From NCBI RefSeq assembly GCF_006345805.1, contig NW_021825710.1, forward strand, positions 1 through 64,000: DNA of 64,000 nt. Direction: 5' to 3'. This document shows, piece by piece, positions 13,066 to 26,149 of this stretch (position 1 is its first letter; every line of letters begins with the position of its first letter). This DNA is from Octopus sinensis. Taxonomy: Eukaryota. The notes beneath the pieces were generated by a model, which worked only from the letters and a program-made list of their open reading frames with translations, was not told where the DNA came from and ran no database searches. A program made the position numbers and the translations under genes.

Positions 13066-13329
13066 TAATACGTCGTGGCGGTATTCGGCGTCTTATTATC
13101 TTTGACTCGTCTATCGTGCTATCACTGATAGCTCCGCAAGACAATGACTTTGAAGCGTTTACCTTCACGGTAACTCGAACTCGTATATATCACGTAACTG
13201 GCACCGACTCCAACTAAGAAATCACACGACTATACTACTACTGACCTCCTACAACAACTGACTGTCTGATTTTATAGTGGCTGTCATACTACTTTGTCAC
13301 GTGGGAAGGAGTGTACCATTTTCACTACA
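13066..13329 (-). mobile_element. Gypsy LTR, about 265 bp
   Basis: Minus strand: polypurine tract aaaaggggaga (13330-13340), then TGTAGT..., ending ...tattaa followed by TGGCGAC. Confidence 0.7.
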
Positions 13330-14745
13330 TCTCCCCTTTTAGTATTTTGTTCTTTGTTCTTTCATTCACCCCTTCTCCCTTTTTAGCATCCCCCCCATTT
13401 AATATTTCTTCTTTTTGGCGTCTATTTGTAGGAACTGTGTTCTTCCTTTTTCTTCCGCTTGTACAAAACCCTCTGTAACGGTGTTGGTACCTGGAATGTG
13501 TCATGGGTTCTTTCAATGTATCTCGCTTATTTTCTATTAATCTCTTCAATAACTTTCTGTCTCTTTTTTTCAATACCTTTACTGCTTTTAATTCCGTACT
13601 TTGTAATTTTTCCTTCCCAGTATTGTTTTCTGTTTTTATACAACCTCATGTACACCTTATCACTAATTTTGAATAATTTTGGATAGTCTTTCCTGATATT
13701 TTTTCTTTCCTCGTCAGATAACAGTTTATCAAAAACTAATTTCACCTTTCTCGCGAACATTAGTTGAGCTGGAATTGCTGCAGAGCGACTTCGTCTGCAA
13801 CTTTGCTTGCTTTTATCAATGCTCTTTTTAAAATGTCCACAAAACCTTCTGCCTGTCTATTTGATCTGGGATGGTAAGGTGTTATCGTTTTATGTTCTAC
13901 CGTTGAACATTTCGCAAAATTTTCTAAATTCACAGGACACAAATTGCATTCCATTATCAGATACAATCACGTCCGGGATGCCAAATCTTGCGAATAATTC
14001 GGGCAAAACATTTATTACCGTTGCGGAGATTGGTCTTTTGCACTTAATAATTTCCGACCATTTTGTAAAACTATCAATTACTACTAAGTAGTAATAACCA
14101 TTTAACGGACCCGCAAAATCGATGTGTAGTCTTGACCATGGACTTTTTACTTCTGGCCAAGGTTCCCTTTATGAGAAGGCAATTTCGCTGCAAGAGCACA
14201 TCTTCCGCAGCCTTTTACTATGTTTTCAACTTCCCTGTCCATCTTCGGCCAATACACATAACTGCGCATAATTGATTTCATCTTTGCGATGCCCGGATGT
14301 CTAATATGGTATTCTTTCAACATTCTTTTTGTAGTGTCTCAGGTATCATTACCCTTTCGCCATACATCAGTACGTCGTCGCATGTTGAGCAAATGTTTAC
14401 CTCTTGTCGTTTTTTCTTACCGAACCTTTTTCTGTTTTCTTTCGCTGACCACAGAATTTTTTTTTATTCACTAATGAACTTTTCCTTCGACATGTGTCGC
14501 TTTATCTCCTCAGACTTATTGGTAACTCTCGTACAATTTTCCACGTTATGTATTTAATTTTCCCTTCGGTAATTAGGGCTGCTGTTACTGTGTCCTCGAA
14601 TGGTTCGTCATTTCTGAGTATTAACTTGGATAGGCCGTTAGCATATCCTAGCTTTTTCGAAGGTAAATATCACATTGCGTAGTCGTAATTTAGTAGTATG
14701 GTGTCCCATTACTGCAACCTGCTTGCTGTATGTATCCTCCGATCT
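13330..14745 (-). mobile_element. Ty3/Gypsy pol remnant (RNase H end plus integrase), pseudogenised
   Basis: HPGIAKMKSIMRSYVYWPKMDREVENIVKGCGRC (HHCC zinc domain), PWSRLHIDFAGPLNGYYYLVVIDSFTKW, PYHPRSNRQAEGFVDILKRAL. Confidence 0.9.
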
Positions 14746-15588
14746 CTAACAAATATATGTTTTTAAACACTACCTAAATGAATTTCAGTTCTATGTATGA
14801 GTGCTATTCAATAATTAATACTGTAGTTTATTATCCCATAGCTCTTTGACCGATACTGAATTACATTGTTAGTTTTAAAAAGTCATTGAAACATTAACCG
14901 CCTGTAACTATAATAACAAACCAACACCACTACCACCGCCACCACAAACAACAATAGAATACTTCAAGTAAACAAGCTGTTAGCAGCTAGAATCTGCCCG
15001 GTCGCCTCAGTGATATATGATTGATAGTTTCAGGAGCTTTTAATGCCATATGAAACTAATGCTAGCATTGTTTATTGCATGTTTCACCTCCATATGCTGA
15101 TGTCGTCGTCGTTGTTATTGTTGACGATGATGTCTGAGTGTAGTTAGCCTGTGTTTTGAATATAGCTGAGATAGTAGAAGATAGACTAAATTAGATTTCT
15201 TCATTGGTTCTTTTCTTTTCTTTTCTTTTATTCTGCTCGGTTCTGAGTTCTGAGCTCGTCGAAGTCGACATTTTCCTGCCACTGGTATCGATAAATTAGT
15301 TGCCAGTATTTTACATTGTGCTCATTACAACCCACTTCATTTTGCTTTACAAATAATATTAAAAACAAGTAATTATTTTCTCCTACATTCTTTACTCTAT
15401 CATTATTTATTGTAAGTACCTGCAAAAACCAATATAAATCAATGTACTATAACCTCTTTCTTGGTGCCAGGCAAATGTTTTAGTCTAGAAAGGTATAACA
15501 ACGAAAACAAAAGTCGTTTTGCTTCAAATTCTGTTTTGCTCTACCCACTCTCCTGACAACAAATACTGGTTTTATGCCAAGTCAGAGG

Positions 15589-15624
<36 letters not shown>

Positions 15625-16185
15625 CTATCATTATCGTCATTCAGAAGTCTCGTTTTATTGCGTTCTTTTTTGTTTTGTTTTTTTCCACTGCACTACCGAA
15701 TGACTTGGATACGTGCTGCGTTACTTTTACTTTTTTGTTGCTTTTATTGTATCGAAATTGCTTCACGTAAGAGATGATCAGCGTATAGTAAGTGCTATTT
15801 TCTGTGTTCATACATTCCTGGGTTCTTGTTTATATATTTGTTGGCATGTTGCTTTTTCCGTTCCTTCATATTTGTTTTCCTTCGTATTTCTTTGGGTTCA
15901 ATACTCCCAACCGTAGAGGTTTCTGCAAATATTTTCTTCGTTTAGTTTAGTGATATTGATGTCCGTACATGGATTAATAAAGTCTGTGATAGTAAAGTGT
16001 GGTTTTTGTTGTTTTTATTGTTGTTGCCATTTCATCTTTCGTTGCTCTATAGGAACATCTATTGATTTAATTCAGGGAATATATCCAGCTTTATATACTG
16101 AACTTTCTATACCCAGCTTTAGAATGTCATGGTTGCGATTTCCACCTTTATTATTGCTTTTGTTGTTATTATTATTATTATCATT

Positions 16186-16397
16186 AGACGACGAACTGGC
16201 GGAATCGTTAGTACGCAAGGCAAAATGCTTAGCGGCACTTCATCCATCTTTACGTTTTGAGTTCAAATTCTATCAAGGTTGATTTTACCTTTGTCTTTTT
16301 GGTGTCGATAAAATAAGTACCAGTTGAGCACTGGGGCCGAAGTAATTGATTTAACCCCTCCACAAAAACTGCTGCCCTTACGCCAAAATTTGAAACC
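16186..16397 (+). mobile_element. tRNA-derived SINE (abundant octopus-type family A)
   Basis: gaactggcggaatcgttag...gagttcaaattc...gtcgataaaataagtaccagttg...gccaaaatttgaaacc; same body recurs five more times in the window. Confidence 0.85.
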
Positions 16398-18892
16398 ATT
16401 ATTATTATTATTATCATTACCTGTAAGCTAAACAACATAACAACAAAAGGAATACCAAAAATATTCACTGCAACAAAATGAGTGCTTTTACGCACGAAAG
16501 AAAACTTTCCCTATATATGACCTAAACATGATAGCTGAAAATAGGTTATTTGGTAAGCTTTCGGAACAAATCTGCGGTCTCAGGATAATCCATGAGCCAT
16601 GTTTTTATCCTTCTTTTCCTCCACACGTGTTGGAAGTTCTGTTGGAGGCACGTCACTGAACCATAAAAATATCTCTACTCAATTAGACATTTCAAAAGAG
16701 AGTAATGTGATGCATTATCCTCATTAAACACTTGGATTTTAAGTGTCAAAATGATGGTAGTGATGATTCTTGACCTCACAAAATTACTGTAGAATTTGAA
16801 CCATAAAAACAAGGTTTAGAATCCTGGAGCTCTAAATCACACAATTCAAAGCAACAACAGCAACGTCAACATTCTCAACAACATTTGTACCAATGCAGCA
16901 TTTTGGGTGTCTTCTATCAAAGTTTTATATCAACTAAAGCCTTGTGAATCAAATTTTGTTACGCAACTGCATGTCGTGCAGACTGTTCCTGTTTAAGAAT
17001 GGTAAACGTAACCCGGTTTAAAACCACCACTGGATTTATGTGCATGCCTGTAGCAGTGTCCACTTTGTTGCAATTAATGAGGCCGATTAGAGAGTAATTT
17101 CTGCTCTTTTCAATCTCAGAGCCCCTGAAAACGGACATTGGTACTATCCCAACGGAGCCATAAAATAAAACAAAAAAGAAACACTCATTTAAGTGGCATG
17201 AATTGAGGTCAGACGGGAAATGATTATTTCTTTTAACAAAGAGGAAATACCCTTTTGTCTGAGAAAAAGCAGGTGATTACGATCAGTCATCTCACTTTAT
17301 ATATGACAGATAATACTCATTATTTAGCAATACTGAAATTAATAAAATTGATAACCAGTGCGATTTTTTGACGACTTAGAGATAAAAAGGCGGCTCACTC
17401 TCTTTTTAAGGATCTTCATAACTATTTGAAGGAGGGAGAAATTTATTTTTATAGTGGAGACCTGGCTTGAATGCTTCCAACAGAGTACTTTGTTACAGTC
17501 ACACAAGGACCGGGTATGGCTTTTATAGCGAATGACAGATTAGATTTAAGAGCAGGAATGGTTTATCCGACGAGTTTCTACAGTTTACGTCAACCAAGTT
17601 TTACTCGCCAGGTTTTAGTCAACTCAAAGCTATGCTAGAAGACACTTGTACAAGTGCCATAAAGTGAAATTGAACTTGACACCACGTAATTGTAGAACGA
17701 ACTTCATAAACATACAGCCAAATACATCTGATGATCATAACTAAGATATTATAGTAATATATTGAAAGAAATAACTCCATTGTATATGCCATCAATCGTT
17801 GATGTAGTAAAGTACCTGCTATGGATCTATAACGCCAGTAGCATGAACAGCTAAATAACATTGCTATGGACAAGGAAATTGGTCAATCAATACCAGGTTT
17901 GTATCGATTGAACATTGGATGATAAAGGAATAGTAAATAATCGGATTATCACAGAGGAAATTAGTGACTCTTTATTGCTGTTTTAGTTTCTGTCATCATC
18001 ATTGCCATTAAATTAATCGTTATCGTAGTTATCACCGTTACAGTAGCATTTCATAGTATTATCGTTTTTGGCCCTATTTCAGCCAGTTATTTTATATTCT
18101 TAGTGGCTATCACAACCAACTATAAAAATGACCTCTTATGATAGACTGTCTATTGCTGTTAGTGTAGCAAAACTTGTTGCCTACAAGCGTTTATATTTTC
18201 TCGCATTAGCACGACAAACAATAATGATAGATAATAATAATTTGTCTCTTATAATAACAGTGGAAGATTACGTGTACTCTATTGAATTTCCTTTAAAATA
18301 TATTTTTCTATTTATCCACTCACAGTAATAACACAAACTGTACAATATGATCATTCAAAATGTTGAACATATCCGATAATGAACGGAACCTGACAGAGAA
18401 ATGATAAATGTGACATATGTTCGAAAGAAAGCAGAAAATAAAATTTTACACCAGCAAATCATTCTGCACGACTGTTCGTTATTGGACTTTAGATGGTATT
18501 AACAAAATATGCACGGCCGCTTTAGCAGTTCGCTAAGTAAGAACAAAACATATTGCAGTAATTATGTTGTGTTATTTGGCAAAAACGAAGTCTTTGGGAT
18601 TTGTTTTAACACGGCCCATGAAGTTGCTGTGTAAATAGTTCTGAATATGGATGCACGTGAATAAAACAATGAATATTTATTTTTGTACTTAGTTTAAAAT
18701 TTGAAAATAGTGTAATGATTTCCTATGGCCTTTATCTGGTAATTATGAAAGCGGATATTTTTTTCTCTTCAACAAGAACTGGGGAACAACCGTAGGCATG
18801 CTTTGGTTTTATCAGACCTTTTCAGCAAAGTATAAGATTTCACAAAACTTTAAGTTGTGATGAGAGAGTCACAAATTAGATGTTCAGTATTA

Positions 18893-19075
18893 GATCGGAA
18901 ACTGGCAGAATCGTTAGCACACCGGGCAAAATGTTTAGTGAGTTCAAATTCTGCCGAGGTCGAGTTTGCCTTTCATCCTTTTAGGGTCGATAAAATAAGT
19001 ACTTGTTGAGCATTGGAGTTGATGTAATCGACTTAGCTCCTACTCCGAAATTTATGGCCTTGTGCCAAAATCAAA
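18893..19075 (+). mobile_element. SINE family A
   Basis: actggcagaatcgttagcacaccgggcaaaatg...gagttcaaattctgccgaggtcg... Confidence 0.85.
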
Positions 19076-19164
19076 ATAGTAGACAAGTATAAGTGAAAAA
19101 TTAGCATATTAAATAATTAACATATTAAAAAAGTACAAATCAGTAATATTATTTTCTACTCTAT

Positions 19165-19367
19165 GCACAAGGCCCGAAATTTTGGGGAATGGGGGGGGGC
19201 AGTCGATTAGATCGATCCCAGTACGCAATTGGTACTTAATTTATCAACCCGAAAGGATGAAAGGCAAAGTCGACCTCGGCAGAATTTGTACTCAGAACCT
19301 AAAGACAGACGAAATACTGCTAAGCATTTCGCCCGGTGTGCTCACGTTTCTGACAGTTATCCGCCTT
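19165..19367 (-). mobile_element. SINE family A
   Basis: Reverse complement of the family A body. Confidence 0.8.
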
Positions 19368-19380
19368 ATTTGAAATATTA

Positions 19381-19577
19381 GTTTCAAATTTTGGTACAAG
19401 GCTAGCAATTTCGAGAAGTGAGTAAGTCGATTACATCGATGCCAGTACTCAACTTATTGAACCCGAAAGGAGAAAATGTAAAGTCGATCTCGGCGGAATT
19501 TGAACTCAGAACGTAAAGACGGACGAAATGTCTCTAAGCATTTTCCCAGCGTGCTAACGATTCTGCCAGCTTGCCGA
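19381..19577 (-). mobile_element. SINE family A
   Basis: Reverse complement of the family A body. Confidence 0.8.
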
Positions 19578-20385
19578 TACAAATCAGTAATATTGTTTGC
19601 TTTTTGTTGTTTCTTTTTATGCGAATAGTAATTTAATGATGAATATCTAGTAAACTAAATTTTCATACTACTCGTCTACTATTGAATGTTTACTTATTGA
19701 TTTTATCATCACTGCCTTAACAAGACGTTTAATTAGATCTAATCATTCCCGGAGTTGTCTCCAGTAATTGCTGAAATTATTAAAATAATACATATTTCTC
19801 ACTGAAATAAGGTTGTGTTTTTCACACTGCATATGTATTTTACATTGAGTTTTTAATGCTTATTGCATTAAATATGTTAGCACGAGCTTAACCAGATTTA
19901 TCAAATGTAATGTGTTTGGGATTAGGGTTGATTTAAGAGTCACTTATATTATACCTTGAATTAATTATATTATACATTGATAATACTTAAAGAAAACAAT
20001 CGAAGTGAATACGAGAGTTTAAACGGTTATTCATTGGTTGGATTCTGATTGTGTGAATAAAACGTTGAATAATAGCAGAAGTTGACTGGTAGAGACAGAA
20101 ATGAGGTACGATAAGTGGAGACGACTACAGGGTGAAGTAACTTATATAACTACTTAAGAACTACTTACAACTACTTAGATTGTTCTAAGATATTTCAAGA
20201 AAATGTTAATAGTTTAAGTGCAAGGTTGAGTTTATTTATAAGAATATATGTATGCATACTTGTGCGTGATTATTTGGCTGCTGGCAGTCTTGTGTATTCA
20301 CACATATGGGTCTGCATATACACGCATGATCAACTATACAGAATCCCACCCACTCACATATACATATATATCTATGAGACATGAC

Positions 20386-20560
20386 TGTGTGGTAAGAAGC
20401 TTGCTTTCAAACTATATGGTTCCAGGTTCAGACCCACCGCGTAGCACCTTGGGCAAGTGTCTTCTATAGCGCCAGAGCTCGACGAAAGTTTTATCAGTGG
20501 ATTTGGTTGACGAAAACTAACAGAAGACTGTTTCGTGTGTGTGTGTGTGTGTGTGTGTTT
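20386..20560 (+). mobile_element. tRNA-derived SINE family B with (TG)n tail
   Basis: gtgtggtaagaagcttgc...ggttcagacccaccgcgtagcaccttgggcaagtgtcttc...; homologous to 28938-29152. Confidence 0.8.
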
Positions 20561-20976
20561 AAGGATAATAAATTTGTACTCCACAAAAGTATAGAGTAAC
20601 CCATCAGATTAATGTAGAATTGTTTTATTAAAACTGAACATTAAAGAAAATCATTAATGTACGTATGTATGTATATATATAGCTAGCTATAGAACAAAAG
20701 ATTCAATTTACTTGTTGAAAAGTAAGTGTCGGAGAAATCTGCATTCGCCACTGAATTTTGATTTCGGTCTGACGATATCAAAATAAATGCATATGAAAAA
20801 ATAAGAATGTTTTAGGATTTTTGTTGCAAGAGTGAAGTATTGTCAAGGGTTCGTGGTGTAGCAACACTAATGATACAAATGAGTCAATAAAGAGCAGTTT
20901 CTAGTATTGCCTTATACATTCGAAGATATAACACGAGACATAAATCGTTAGATACTAATATTATTTGGGGGTTTAA

Positions 20977-21175
20977 GGCGGCGAGCTAGAAGAGTTGTAA
21001 ACTAGTGCTTAGCGGCATTTCTTCCGGCGCTTTACGTTCTAAGTTCAAATTCCGCCGAGGTCAACTTAGCCTTTCATCTTTTCGGGGTCAACAAAATACC
21101 AGTCAAGTACTGGGGTCGATGTAATCGACTTTCACGTCCCATCAAAATTGCTGGCCTTGTGCTAGATTTAGAAAA
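20977..21175 (+). mobile_element. SINE family A
   Basis: ggcggcgagctagaag...agttcaaattccgccgaggtcaac... Confidence 0.85.
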
Positions 21176-23019
21176 TATTATTTTGAGGTTTCGTTATACC
21201 CTTTGTATTGATTAAAAGTTCCGAGAATGAAAGACGTATATAGCTTAGGGGGGGGGGTGATTTAAATAAACCAATATATGGTTAAAAGTGGGAAAGTCAG
21301 TAAGGCAACATTAGGTAAATGAAAATAGGTGAAGTGTTATATGGTATAATGTGTTACCAAAAGGGATTGGTGGTATATAGGACAGAGATCTTAGTGATAG
21401 GAAGAGTCTCATATCTAATTTCTTCCTTGTTTAAAAAAAAGGAAGAAAATGGAGCAAGTGTGTGTTTTTCTTGATAAACAGTAAATATTGACCTGTTCTA
21501 TACGGCAATAGTATAGCCTTCCACTGTTTCAGAAGATATTTACCGAAGAGGTGCCATTTGGGGAAGAGTTCTAATAATATTTTTAGAATGTCTGTAAGTT
21601 TCTTAAAACTGAATAGTAGTCCTTTCAGTTCATCAGTAGTATATTCTTTAAAATACCAGACGTAATTGAGATACCTTTGTGGCACTATTTTCTACACACA
21701 CATACATGTGCATGTATGTGTGTGTGTTTGCATATGGATGCATGAATATTAATAATTATAGAATCTATTGCCGTATTATAGAGAACACATTCCTAAAATT
21801 AAAATGCTCCAGATGGTGTGATTTTTGACTGTCAGATAAATATAACATTCCATTACGGGATGTTATTTTGGGCAAAGATTGGAATTTACGAATTCTTGTA
21901 GACATTTCTGTTGATATTTATCAAGGAATTCAGGAATTTTCAATTACCACCCGATTAAAAGAGTTTATATCCCACATAGTGGAATTACCAAACTTTCAAA
22001 TATGGTTATATAATGAATAGCCGTCTCTCCTACTTTCAGGTGTTTTAGACTTAAGACATGAAAATGTCGCGTCCATTCGCATGGTACTAGATGAATATAT
22101 TTCGTGTTATATGTATGGGAATTGACCAGATAAATGTGGAAATTGAGCAGATGTTTTTCTACAACCAAATCTCAATGGCTAGTTATAGTTCGATGTTTAC
22201 AAAATATTTTCTTATATATAGCCACGCTACTTTCCTCCTTTCTTTTAAATAACCGATCGGCGAAGTCAGGATTCCAGAAACTTCAGTTTCCACTTACATG
22301 TGTGAATACTCCCACTGCACGAAAACACTTGTGATTTGCAATTAAAATCTATTCTTTCTATTTTCTTGTTTTATAAGTTTATATATGATAAATTCTGTAT
22401 ACACTAACAGAGTTCCGCATGTATATCCATATGATGGCAAATGGTAGCCGATAACCGAAATGGAGTTTTAAAATGCTCGTTATAAGGTTAATACCCAGAT
22501 GATATTAGGGGTGTGTGTGTGTGTATTATGCATATATATATGTACTTAAGTGTATGTATATATACATATAAATATATACAGACGTGCATATATGGACACA
22601 TAATATACATGCATAAAGACGCACACACAGAAAAAGAATAAAATTGATAGGAAGATATCATGCTAATCAAATTATAAACTCGTGCATACATGAAACTCTG
22701 TTTGGTGAACATAGATGCATACATGAAAACATGCTTTTGGTATGTGTGTATGCTTGAATGTGTGCTTGTGTGTGTATATGCGCGTGTGCAGAATCTTAAA
22801 AGTCTATGGGAGACCAGATTTAAGTAAGAATGAATGTCTAAGACCAGAATTAAGTAAGAATGAAAGTCTAAGAGTTGTCTTGCTATCATCTTAATCTTGA
22901 CACGTCTACATATTTGAGATCAACAACTAGGAGTAATAACTGAATATACTTTCCGAAATGTCAAAATTTTGGAGAATATCTTACTTCTTAATTTATTAGT
23001 ATTGTTTTGTTTCAAAAGA

Positions 23020-24830
23020 TTCAGGAATTACAACCGTGTTTCGTGGTCTGCTACCACAACAGCTCCTTTATAGGATCCAGTTAGCTCAAGACATCATCAG
23101 GAGGAACCACGTCCGGTTTCGGCCCCTACTCCTCTACCGTTTTGACGTGCCCCCCCCCCCTTTCGGAGGTGTCTTCAGCTCTGGTGTTGGGTGCATTTCT
23201 TGGCCTCTTCGATGTATCGTCAGCGAGTGTCAGCCGGTGACTGACTGACTGACTTGTCAAAGTTTTCCATTTAAATACCTGCCGCTAGCTCCAGCAGACA
23301 GCCCCAGCAAGTTGTTACATGACACTGTCTCACCTTAACTGACTAGTGAAGGCGCGTAGTTTTAACTCGCGCATTCTCTAAACGACCGTCACCTGTCAGT
23401 CAGCGAAGCTGATTCAGTGTCAGCTTGTCTCACCTACTGATGTTATTTCCCGCCGGCATGTTATGACTTTCAAGCCATTTTCGGTCTTCCGTTTCAGCCA
23501 TATATAGAAGCTGGCTTTTCGACCGCCTCCTGTACTCTCCTTATTAGTTTTCGCTGCTCGGAGCTAGAAAAAACAAATCTTCTTTCGAAAAGCGTTGTCA
23601 TTTTCCTTTCAATGAAGCCTCTTGCCCCCACTGCCAGGAGATAATATTCGACATTCCATCCCTGTTCTCTGCATTCTTCGATTAGCTTTTCGCGCCTCTT
23701 CTCTTTTTCCTCTGCATTGCCGATGTTCTTTTCGCAAGGTACTGTCAGTTCTAGTAAAATTCCTATTCTCCGGTCTCTGTTCCACAGGACTAAATCCGGT
23801 CTTTTTGTTGTTTTTATTAGTGGAAATATTACTTGTCTTTCCAAGTCCGTGGCCACCTGGCCACCTTCCAGTATCCCTTCCATCTTTCGTCTATCTCGTA
23901 TACTTTACTTGTAGGCCTGGTTTTATATCCTTTTCCCTCCTTGTGGAAGTATACTTTCCTGCGCTTTTCTACTTTTGGGTACTCTCCCCTATTGTACCTG
24001 TGCTGCGCTTATGACGCCGAGGACTTGATTATGCCGCCATGTATATCTTTCTAGTGCTAGTCTGCAATTTGACAGAACATGCCTAACCGTTGCTTTCTGT
24101 CCGCATCTACACTCATCGGTTGTTTTTATGTTCCACCGGACTAAGTTCACCGGTGAGGGTAGAACATCGAAGGTAGACTTGATCAGGAAGGATGTTCTTG
24201 CTTATTCCCAAGCCCAAAGTTCCTTCCATGATATTCTGCGGTTGGTCACATATTCCTCCCATCTCAGGCACTGTCCCTGTTGACTGCATTGCACCAAATG
24301 TACATTTCGCCTTTCTTCTTCCTCCTTTGTCACTTCGGATATCACTGCCTCTTTCATCTCTTTTACATTGCTCTTGCAAAATGGCCTGAAATTTTGCGAC
24401 CCTAGGCCGGTTCTAGCTTCTTGCGTCGCTCCAACTATATTCTGCATGCCTTAGTTTTCCGATGGCCCTGTTTACTGCCTCTTCTGCCTTCCATTTCCTC
24501 CCTGTTCGTACCTTTGGAGGGTTTTCCCGGATACACTGATATTTTGAATACCTTAGCATCATTACTGTCCTTGCCTTTCTTGCCTTATATTCTTCGGCGA
24601 TTGATGTTATTGGTAGTTGCAGCACGGGTTTTCCATATAGTGCAGTTGTATTCAGTGGTTCCGGCAGACCAGGCCATTTTCTGATAAACACATCGCATCT
24701 TTGTTCCATCCTTTCTACTCTACTCGAGGCTATTTCGTACATTTGCAATGGCCACATTATTCTTGGGTACAGCCCAAATTGCAGTATCCAACATTTGAAT
24801 TTTCCCGGCAGCATTTTTCTGAGAATATTA
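23020..24830 (-). mobile_element. 5'-truncated HERO-like REL-endonuclease non-LTR retrotransposon
   Basis: LPGKFKCWILQFGLYPRIMWPLQMYEI...KVRTGRKWKAEEAV; REL motif KTTKRPDLVLWN...ILLELTVPCEKNI...AVGARGF; frameshifted. Confidence 0.85.
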
Positions 24831-26149
24831 ATGAGCTGATGTTTGACATCATTGGCCATTTTATTGATGCTTCGAGAAATTGTGTTATTACTAAGTGAGA
24901 TCTTCATAATGTTATCGAGTTTTTGTGCATAATGGTTGACAAAACCTCTTCGGCAACTAGAAGTAATGTTTCTCCAATTATGTGAAAATTCCCAGACTTA
25001 GCAACAAGCAATGCAATGTTGTACGATGCAATCAACCCGCCATTCTCCTGTTTACTAGTTTCCTAGAGTAGCGTACTGAACGTTTGTATTTGCCTTTTGA
25101 AAGAGAAGCTCAGATGCAAAAAGTATGATAACGGCTTGTCCTTCTTCTCAGAATGCTTTGCACCAAAGTTGTACTTCAATCGTTAAGATTTCATTGCTTT
25201 GTTGGTCAATGTTTGATGGCAAAGAGGGCACATTGGTAACTGAAAGTTCTGAGGAGAGGGAATAAATTCAAACGACAAATAATCATTACTGTACTATCGA
25301 TAATTTTCCTTGACTGGAGGCAGCAGTAAAGTAAAAATATGAAAACGAATTTGTACAGGCAGCGTCAGAAAGGCAGTATGGTATTTCCAAAGAGAAGAAG
25401 CTAATAGAGCAGAGTCAGATGACACATCTTTACTGGAGCAAATACGGATCTAATTCGTTTGACTGCCAGCATTGCAAAAATTTAAGTTTATCGAAAATTT
25501 TGAAATTTGACTCATTAATATACCTTTCCAAGCTAAATGTTTTAAAAAAGTTAAAGAGGTTTAAAGTTTGATCATTTTCGCCCAGTCAGGAAACACGACT
25601 TCAAAGCTGTCGTTTTGTGCCTGACAGCACATTTTGTCAACATCCTGAAAATATCACTTGTGTTTTGATATGAAACCACAGAATTACGCATGATATGTAA
25701 CCCGCTTATAACTTTTTTTATTTTTCAGAGTTTTCAGAAATTTTTTCGAATTTAAATTCTATACGCGGGACTTCATACAATTATGCGCCCCCCGCAAAAA
25801 AAAAATTGTGGTAAGGTGTGATTTAAGACTTAGGCTTATTTGGCTGCTATTTTTAGCACGCATGACAACCATCTCAATGACTGCGACAAAAATATCCAAT
25901 AAACCAGTCCGCTTTTTTAATACTAAGCGATGTCTCTTGCGAGTAGTCAAATCGATGAAAGTGCATCCTTATCCGAGATATAAGTAAATGCAGACTTAAT
26001 TTCTAAAAATTTATTGTCACCCACAAAAATGTTCATATCGCCCACCAAAATCTCAAATCATCTACCATTTTCTAGAATTTAGTCCATCGCCCGCCTGTAA
26101 GTTGAAATCGCCAACCGGTGGGCGATATCGTCCACTTTGGGAAGCTATG
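24830..26149 (-). mobile_element. 5' portion of a Buster/Charlie-type hAT transposon
   Basis: FGAKHSEKKDKPLSYF and SLSNNTISRSINKMANDVKHQL on minus; terminus CATAGCTTCCCAAAGTGGACGATATCGCCC at 26149 flanked by ctttaaac (nnnTAnnn). Confidence 0.75.

Noticed and set aside
17455-17640. Open plus-strand frame after tttttatag (ETWLECFQQSTLL...)
   Set aside because: No recognisable product and a weak donor.
21431-21685. 84-aa minus-strand ORF and a possible 48-nt exon
   Set aside because: No homology recognised; splice-like sites are common in AT-rich DNA.
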